A stretch of 54,263 nt of DNA, the filler included, from Sphacelaria rigidula (Eukaryota): the NCBI GenBank assembly GCA_964200075.2. It is 3 parts of 3 records of this genome, joined end to end, with 100 filler letters (N's around TTAATTAATTAA, not from the genome) between each part and the next. Parts side by side here need not be neighbours in the genome. Positions count along the whole stretch, not along the records: positions 36,245 to 54,263 come from CAXNAA020000936.1; 2 more parts are not named here. One strand, 5' to 3'. Below the pieces are notes generated by a model, which was not told the DNA's origin, searched no databases, and worked only from the letters and a program-made list of their open reading frames with translations. Below, one piece after another: positions 36,245 through 54,263 of the stretch. Position 1 is the stretch's first letter. Each line of letters opens with the position of its first letter. A program made the position numbers and the translations under genes.

Positions 36245-37315
36245 GCTCCGTCCCGGCATTGTAGGGATGCGAGGTCAATGGTCTTATGACTATGGCATGA
36301 ATGATCATGAGTATTCTACGCTCATGTCGCGGTGATCTACTGAGCGACTCTGGCCGCGGTAACGATCCGTACGGTCTTGATTATGACGCATATCACAAAT
36401 GCGCACATACCCTGCGTGCTCCAGGCTTAGCTGCTCTCTTGTTTCCACGTTCCCTGTTTCATATTTTTCGTCGCTTGTTCAGTGAGGAACTGCGTACGTT
36501 TATCTCCGAGTGCTACGTCCCACATAGCGATCACGATACCTCGAGACTAGGGCGAGTGTTTGCATATTTTGACCCTGGGTACGCCCACCTTGGAGCGGTG
36601 GCTAGATTCGTAGCGTCGTGAGCTGTTGTCATATAATCAACCAATTAACTCTTTATTTTCTCTCCCCGTTGAACTCGGGGGAGCTACTTCTCACCGGTTT
36701 TTGTGGCGTCTCTCTTCTTATTTTTATTTTTGGTAATGTGTCTGGTAAGGAATACCAGGAAACGGTATTGGAAAGGCGAGCCTACGTCTGTGACCACGGG
36801 TTCGCGAGATTGGACTAATGTGCGGAAATAATGATAACAACAATATCCCATCGATAAATCTTTTCATCCATCAATGAACACGGTACCCATGTCTGAAGGC
36901 TAACCCTCCTAAGGGGGGGGCGTAATCATTTGTTGCTTGCCTTAGTCGTTTGACCATTGACCACGCATCCCTTCCGGAAGAATTCATGATGCGGCTGGAA
37001 ACTACTTGATTTTAGTGTAATTGATTCGTACCGTACGAATCAATCTTTAACCTTTACTGTCAGCGTTGCAACCCAGGTACGCGGCGCCGAGGAACGTGGA
37101 ATGGCGCAAAAAATGCGTGGAGACTTTCTTGACCAGCGGTCAACAATTTTCTCTCTTTCGAGCGATCACGCATGAAAAATCGTAGATTTAGTGAGTCGAA
37201 CCGGTGATAATTCGTCCGAACAGCGAACCCTTCCCCCTTTCCCCCCTCCGCACATCTACCCGGCCTCCGATTTTGCACGTGTCCGTGTGTTTTCTGGTTG
37301 GAATGACCGTTGTAG

Positions 37316-47219
<9,904 letters not shown>

Positions 47220-47430
47220 CGGTTTAGAGGGTGGAGGGATTACATAGAGTGCTACGTGTTTCGAGTATAGTATGCTAGGGGTGGTATATCGAGGGTAGAA
47301 GTGAGTGCGTTTCAGATAACAACGACAAGTAGCATACTGTAGCTTGAAGAATGGCGGCACAACTGGAAGTGCGGTGTGTCTAGCTACGATTCGTACAGTA
47401 CACCATTGAGTGTATTTCTAGGATGAATGT

Positions 47431-47778
47431 CAGTGTTCAAAACCGAACGGAAGAAAAAGTGCGGTACGATATTTTTCTAACATGGACGAACAAACGTCGA
47501 TATCGATATTTTTATCGGTACTCGTAAAATGACCAAAAAATCGTTTTTCTGGTTTTCTGGGCCTTTGTTGCTGTTTTTGAAGGGCCATTTTTGCAAGAAA
47601 AGGGGGGAACCGGTGATGTGAATGCACTACCCCCTTTCCTTATTATCAGGCGGCCCCCCGGAGAAAGTCAGTTTGCGTATCGAGAAAGTATCGGCTTACC
47701 AACTCGCGATTCCGGTTCTGAGAATTGCCGAAAATCGCGATCGATACTCGATATTTCGATACACGGTTTTCAACACTG
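47431..47778. mobile_element. hAT-like MITE (348 bp)
   Basis: TIRs CAGTGTTCAAAACCG and CGGTTTTCAACACTG (14/15 match), with internal TCGATA subterminal motifs. No clear TSD. Confidence 0.55.
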
Positions 47779-48434
47779 ACTGATGGAGTGTAGGGCACGT
47801 TGCGCACTGTTTTTCGGGAAGCATCAATACAACTATCTTCACAATCTACCTCCCGCTCTCAACTTGGCAAGCCTCAAGCCAAAATGGCTACGAGGGCAAT
47901 CTCTGCGACACGCCAGGGTGGGTGTATATAACAAAGTCCCTGGCATGCTTTCCTCAAACACTCAGCTTTGTACCCGTCCCAGTCCCGCGATGTCGGATCG
48001 AGTCAGGTCTACCTTACAACAACACAACACACAAATAACTGGGCGTGTTCGGCACGTGGGGAGGTAAATATCTCGCTTGCCCCTGGCCTCGGCCGTTCCA
48101 CCTTAACGAGGGGCGGACGGTACCTTTAACCGGTATCAATATTTGCCAATATTTTTCATGATTTCGACCTGAATTCGTTCCCGTACGACATTGTTAGCCT
48201 CCCCATTTCCAAGAATCCGTGTCATTTGCTCAGGAGTAGGTAAAATTTGGATCATCTCTAGGATTCATGGTTGAAAAAACGGAGCACAAGGCAATGACAG
48301 GAGCAATTTCGAGCTCGTGGATCGATCGATGAACTCACAGTCCGATTGCGTGACGGTATTTAGTTACTGTACGACTTGTTTGTTCCAGTGAAACACCAAG
48401 AACACAAAACACGGGATTTCACGAAATTGGGGGT

Positions 48435-48814
48435 GGATGATTCATCGGGGATGAAAACCCGGAGAATAAAAATCTTTGTACCCACACCAAATTTTCGACG
48501 TATGCTTCCATTTCTTCACTTGCTAGTAGCTATTGACAACTACCACACACCATACAAATATGGATTTCGATAACAGGAATATCGGGGTCCTAGATGAAGA
48601 ACCAATTTTGGCGTCCGATCGGACACCTGAAATCCCCCAAAATTTGTTTTTCACCTAGGACCCCGACATTTTGGTTATCGAAATCTAATTTTTTCACGGC
48701 GTGTAGTAGTTGTCATTAGCTACCAGCAAGTGAAGAAATGGAAGCATACTTCGAAGATATGGTGTGGATACGAGGATTTTAATTATCCGAGTTTTCATCC
48801 CCAATAAAACATCC
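48435..48814. mobile_element. MITE-like long inverted repeat (~165-bp arms) next to the 5' LTR
   Basis: 48435-48598 is the imperfect reverse complement of 48650-48814 (e.g. TATGCTTCCATTTCTTCACTTGCT vs AGCAAGTGAAGAAATGGAAGCATA). Confidence 0.75.
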
Positions 48815-48897
48815 ATCCAACGAGAAATTCGTCAAGTTGGAGCGAATAACAAAGGATCGTGAACGACGAGGTTTTACACTCCAATGGGGTTGGAGCC

Positions 48898-49167
48898 TGT
48901 GGCGGAAATACGAGGTTACGTTGAGTTGGTAGTGATTATCTGGATTATGGCGGGGGGGCACGGGGATTCTGGAGGATTCTGGGAGGATTCTGGATGATAA
49001 ACGGGGACACGGGGATGATACCCTGCTTGTCTAGGAGGTTGGTGCCTGGCAGGGCACTCCTGAGAATGAGGTGTTGTAAAGGCTGACAACTGAAAGTGTG
49101 GCCAGTAAGACTGGGGAGTCCTTCAACAGCAGTGATGCCACCAGTTCTTTTTATGGCTGGCGTCACA
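48898..49167 (+). repeat. 5' LTR
   Basis: Runs TGTGGCGGAAATAC...GGCTGGCGTCACA and is collinear with 53411-53677 (shared blocks CTCCTGAGAATGAG, AAAGGCTGACAACTGAAA, GGCCAGTAAGACTGGGGA). Confidence 0.85.
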
Positions 49168-50329
49168 ATATCGATATTAGTGTTAGTGCTGAAAATAGTA
49201 CCAGGTAACCTGCTGGAAGGATTTCGGCGGAGGAGTCTGGCAGCTGACAACCTGAAGCATCACGGACGCGTGGAGAGGGCTCGAGCTGATGGTAGCTGCA
49301 GAAATCCGGCTGACCTGTGACTGATCCAGACTGGAGACTTGCTGACGCTGCGTGCAGCGGGAGTTCGGAGGCTCCCACGACTGTGTGGTGCGGCGACGAA
49401 GCAAGCAAGTGTGCAATTCGCGAAGGTCCGCTGGCCTGCGGAAGGTTCGCAGGTTGCCGGCTGTAGCTATGGCGAGCGGCTCGCGTAGTACATCCAGCAT
49501 GACGCCCGTAGTTCTGCGGGAAGAGTCGCGACCTCCTCAATACGGGGATAGGTAGTCCGAGAGTGCATCTAGCACTTTCGATACGAAGTACGTGGAGAAT
49601 AGAAGGCGTGTGGAGCACGCAAACACAGGGAGTGCAGTGCGACATCAGGTAGTGCCGATGGCTCAACAGGTGCCGACGCATGTGCGAAGAGTGTTTGCGC
49701 GCGTGAAACATGAAGAGGGCACGATCACCCTGCCGCATTTGGTTGCGGCGATCAAAAAGCATGCTGAACAGGCGGCGGGCACTTGCCACTGTTGTGGGCA
49801 GGTCGGCCATTACGCGCGCGATGGCCCAACGTCTTCCGGTGGAGAGTCTGGGCAGTCTAGTGCCGCGCGCAGCATAGTCAGCACAAGGGCAAAAGACGAG
49901 GTACTCAGGGTGGTGGCGGCGGCGGATCCTCCGGCGATGGAGGGTCGCAGTCGAGTCCTCAGCAGCAGCAGCAGCAGCAGAAACCAGCAGCAGCAGGGGC
50001 AGCGGCGTCAGCATGAGTCTGGTTCCGGCGCCGCCGTACGTGCTGCTGCTCCGCAACGCGCGGTGCAGGTAGGACCGATATCCACAGTGTCGAACACTGC
50101 GCCGGCGCCGATATTTTCGCCCATGGCGACACCGGTACCAGCGCCAGGCGCGACGCCTGCTGATATGCTGATCGAAGGTTCGCCAAATTCTTGGTCTGCT
50201 GGCTGGGGGTCGTACCCGCCGGCGGTGCCGCTTGAACCTGCCGGGGCGTCTTCGCCTGCCCAGCTTGCGCACCCGTGGCGTCAAGTGGGATTAGCGGCGC
50301 ATCGGTCGGCGAATCAAGTGCCAGCGTAG

Positions 50330-53300
50330 TTTGCGGACAAGTACTTTCCTGCAGAGCTGTGTCTCCCAAATCAACGGGAGCGTGAAGCCATTGCGGTACG
50401 GGCTATGTGAAATTATGGCGCCCACTTCACGAGTCATGTGAGTCTGTCGGTGCAGATTGTACAGATGTTGGAGCGTCTTCTCTCGAGTGTGCCGCTGCGC
50501 ATTCCGTTTCCGCTCGGGGCGCGGCAGGCCGTCACCGCGTCGGGTCAGCATGTTTACGTCACAGAGCATACTGTTCCGCTGCAGCTGACTTTGGCGACTT
50601 CCTGGGGGGCGGCGCCGTTGCCTCCGATCTCGTTCGCGATCATGCCGGGGTCGGATGTCGTCATTCTTCTGGGTTCGCCGATGCTTCAGGATATTGGAGT
50701 CAACCCGTATGCGCAGTTGTGGGACTCCATGAAGACGCGGATGTCTCCGCCTGGTCCGCGCTTAGAGACGCCCGCCGTTTTGGGCAGTCGTCGCGTGAGC
50801 TTGTCGGTGGATGCTTTTCAGGAGGCCGGAGGGCAGGTGACCGAGGAGCAGGATGCGGCGGTGGAACGCTTAGTAGAGCGCGGCCCGGAGATGTTTATAA
50901 ATCTGTCGGAAAAGCAGTCCGCTCGGAAGGTCGCGCTGGAGGAGAGCGTGACGGTTGCTGTGGCGAAAGGCCTCAGCGCCTCAAAAGCGGAGCGCCTGCG
51001 CGGCATATTGCATCGCCGCGTCAACGCGTTTCATCGTGCGCTGCGGAGTGATCCCCCTGCGCGCGTGGAGCCCATGCGTGTTCAGCTGAAGCCTGGGGCG
51101 TCCGCGGTGAAGACGAAGCCGCGGCGATACGATCCAGTGAAGTCGAGTTGGTTGGCGTCGTGCATGGCGGCTATTTTGGCGCTCGGGTTGGTGTTACGGA
51201 ACTTGCAGGCGGGGTGGTCCAGTCCGGATATGGCGGTTCCGAAGAAGGCTGCATCGTGGACGGATGGTAGGCTGCAAGCGTGGGTGGCAGCGAAGGATCT
51301 AGTGGCTCATGCCGTGACGCTGTTCCATCCTCGTCCTGGTTGTCAGGTGTTACTGTTTTCGGATGCGTCTGAGTGCCATTGGGATAGTTTGGTCACGCAG
51401 GTGTCTGAAGTTGAATGCAAAGACGCCTGCCGGTCGAGGATATGATGCATGAACCGCTGGCTGTCCACGGTGATAATTTCAAGGGTTCGCAGTTGCTTTG
51501 GGCCACAATTGACAAGGTAGGTTTTGCTACTGTGAGCACCTTACGTCGCTTGAAGCATCGTTTGTGGGATAGCGTGCACATTTTCACGGATCGCCGAAAT
51601 CTCGTGTATATTTCAAACCCGAAAACTTACATTAGGTCCATGTTGAAGGCGTCTGCACAACGTTTGGATGGTCGGAAAGCTGTTCCTGGCCAGTATCGAT
51701 ACTCGCTTTACCATATTTCGGATGACCGTCACGCGTGGGGTGACTTGCTTTCACGTTAGGTGAATATTCTGGCCTTGGCTGTGCGCGCTGTGGCTGTGTA
51801 TGGTCCGTGTGAGCCTGATGACTCGATGCCGTCCAAATCTGTTGTCCGCCAAGCGCAACGGAAAAAACTTGGGGCCGAAGATGCGGACGTGCAATCTTTC
51901 GAGTCGGACGTTGGTACTGCTATATTGGACAATGAAGGTATGTTTCGTGTGCATGTGCGTGGCCGAAACGTTTTGCGGATCCCAAGTTCTGACAAGCGGT
52001 TGCAGGTACGTCTGATGATTTGCGCGCACATGCGCGACGCCGGGCATCGTGCTGTGGCTGCGACGCTCGTGCGCTTGCAAGAGCTTTGTGTCTGGCAGGG
52101 GATAGAAACTCATGTGCGCGAATTTGTCGGCCAGTGTCTTCACTGTGCTGGCTCGAGGGCGGGCGATGTTGTTCCCCGCCCGCTCGGCGAAACGGTCCAT
52201 GGGATCGTTCATTTTGCCTTCTTGTACGTGAGCGAGGGTGGCCCGCTAGCTTTCCAAGGTTTGTCGGAGGATGCTGGGTTCGGATACATTTTGGTAATCA
52301 TGGACGATTTGAGCAACTTCGTGTCTCTGGAACCAGTAGCAGTGTGTACTGCTGAATCGATCGCGGCATCTTTGCTGAATTGGTGCAAACTTTGGGGGTG
52401 CCGCGTGTGTGGGTGAGTGATACCGCCACGCATGTCAAGGACGCGATCTTGGCCCGATTGCGATGACATATTCTCCGTGGTCTAACGGCACGTGCGAACG
52501 CATGGTCAAGGAAGTAGTTCGTGCTCTTCGCTCTATTCTTCTCGAGCAGCGTAGAGCGGTTTCCGAGTGGGTGGACGTGTTGCCTGCGGTGCAATGGGCG
52601 CTTAATACAGCGTATCGTCATCGTTACGATAGTACGCCGTACCACGTGATGTTTGGTCGTGCCCCTCGGACGTCTTTCTCGGTGCTGGCATTTTCGTCGG
52701 CGAGGGAATGGAAGTGTGATATTTTGGACGATGTTCAAATTAAGAGTGCATTGCAAGGAGTCTTGGACTTGCAAGAACGCTTCACCTTTCAAGTGCAGGA
52801 ACATGTTGCCGCTGAACGTGCGCGTAGACGTGAGTGGTCCTCGTCGGGGCTGGAAATGCTGAATTTCGAGGTAGGTGACTATGTCTTGTATGCACGCGTG
52901 CGTCGTCCGGGTGTTACGCCCAAGTTGATGGCGACTTGGACTGATCCATGGAGAGTGGTTGATGCTCACCACCCGCACGTGTTTGAGATTCAGAACATTG
53001 TTTCAGGTCGTGTTCAGACCTCCCATGTAGGTCGTTTGCGATTTTATGCAGACTCGCAGCTTAATGTCACGGCTGACGTTAAAGACGTGTTTTAGCATGC
53101 TTTTAATCAGGGGGAAATTCCAGATGGCTGGTGTTGTCCGAGTGGCAGAAGGAGGCGATCGTTCGTTGATCGTGTTGGTCGACTGGGTTGGTTTCGAAGT
53201 TGAGGAGCGTGCGTAGGAGCCTTTCAAGGATATGTTCGAGGCCGCTCCGGAATTTCTCACGAAAGAGTTGCGTAAATTGCGCGTGACCTGTGCCGTTGCT
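50330..53300 (+). pseudogene. Disrupted gypsy pol (PR, truncated RT, RNase H, IN, chromodomain)
   Basis: Broken across ORFs 50438-51445, 51415-51759, 51760-52416 and 52463-53095, with TAG stops at 51757, 53093 and 53214 and several frame changes. Confidence 0.88.
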
Positions 53301-53410
53301 GCTTGCATTACGAGTGAGTTTGGTGTTCAGTTGTGACTTACTCATCGTTTTGGCGTTTTCTATGTGTGAAGCTTGTTGATCCATTTTCGTCCAACGCGCT
53401 TTGGGGGTGC

Positions 53411-53677
53411 TGTGACGGAAATACACCGTTACTTTGAGTTGGTAGTGACGATCCGGATAATGACTTGGGATACGGGGATTCTGGAGAATTCTGGAAGGAT
53501 CCTGGATAATGAGCGGGGACACTAGGTTGGTACCCTGGCGTGTTTAGGTGGGCGCCTTGGAAGGGCGCTCCTGAGAATGAGATGTGGTAAAGGCTGACAA
53601 CTGAAACTGAGGCCAGTAAGACTGGGGAATCCCTCAACAGCAGTGATCCATCAGTTTTTTTGCTGGCTGGCGTCCCA
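53411..53677 (+). repeat. 3' LTR
   Basis: Runs TGTGACGGAAATAC...GGCTGGCGTCCCA, preceded by TTGGGGGTGC, downstream of the integrase/chromodomain region. Confidence 0.85.
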
Positions 53678-54263
53678 AGTCGCCTTCCAGAAATGCATAT
53701 GTTAAGTGAAGTAGTTTTGCAAAAGCTACCAACTGAGGATTGTTTTTATTCGTCGGCAGAAACTTCCGCTAGCTTGCCTTGTCGCGCATTGTTGCTCCGG
53801 TGTCTATCAAACAGTGGATCCTTTAAAATTGGAATCGATATCAAACATGAGGTCCAAATGGCGAATCGTTTTTGAAGGGATGACGCGAAACAGTTCCACA
53901 GAGCGAAGCCACATTTCCCCCCCAAACTCTCCAGCAGTGAAGCAGTTGTAGCTAGGTGCACCGAACGAATGCGGTGTACTCGCGTGTCGATGACGATATC
54001 ACCAGAGAGAGAAGAAATGGCAGAGAGGAAGCTCTTCGCCCGTGTCCTTTGTGTGTCCTCGCTCGGTGATTACTAATCGCTTGAGAGACTGGCATAATCG
54101 ATGTTACCACTATGTGCCCAATTTTCCACGTGCTGGTACGCATGTTACTATGTTGCTGCGTGCTGTGACGCCAGCCAGTGGAAGCAGTGTTGGATCACTG
54201 CACACCCTGGACAATAGAAGGCATCTATTGATGTAGCAATAGAATTCACCGTAATAGACGAGT

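Larger units (their letters stand above)
48898..53677 (+). mobile_element. Degenerate Ty3/gypsy (chromovirus-type) LTR retrotransposon
   Basis: Related TG..CA-bounded LTRs at 48898-49167 and 53411-53677; G-rich tract before the 3' LTR. Internal order: gag-like region with a degenerate zinc knuckle (CHCCGQVGHYARDG), protease-like region, RT start (..WSSPDMAVPKK), RNase H (LFSDASECHW), integrase (AHMRDAGH..CLHC; YSPWSNGTCERM; TPYHVMFG), chromodomain-like tail. Multiple stops and frameshifts. Confidence 0.92.

Noticed and set aside
49163-50284. 373-aa minus-strand ORF rich in Arg
   Set aside because: Antisense shadow of the GC-rich gag region of the gypsy element; no recognisable domain.

Overview
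Eukaryotic, intron-rich genomic DNA with GT-AG introns. The gene types, bipartite plastid-targeting leaders and one-repeat-per-exon TPR array suggest a brown alga or close ochrophyte (inference). I reconstructed four spliced genes by hand from splice sites and phase continuity. (1) A minus-strand gene (~15.5 kb to ~6 kb) in which a divergent RelA/SpoT-like (alarmone-synthetase-fold) nucleotidyltransferase domain is fused directly to a TPR array built from ten phase-0 exons of exactly 126 nt. This is the most interesting object in the window and a candidate nucleotide-signalling immune sensor. (2) A plastid-targeted ClpS adaptor, head-to-head with (3) a plastid-targeted DDX21/RH3-like DEAD-box helicase whose 3' end is lost at an assembly gap. 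(4) The 3' part of CWC24/RNF113A. The right end holds a degenerate Ty3/gypsy chromovirus-type LTR element lacking most of its reverse transcriptase. Introns and intergenic DNA contain a non-autonomous hAT element with an 8-bp TSD, a mariner transposase relic, several MITE-like hairpins and small dispersed repeats. There are four N gaps. No database searches were run; all family calls rest on motif recognition.
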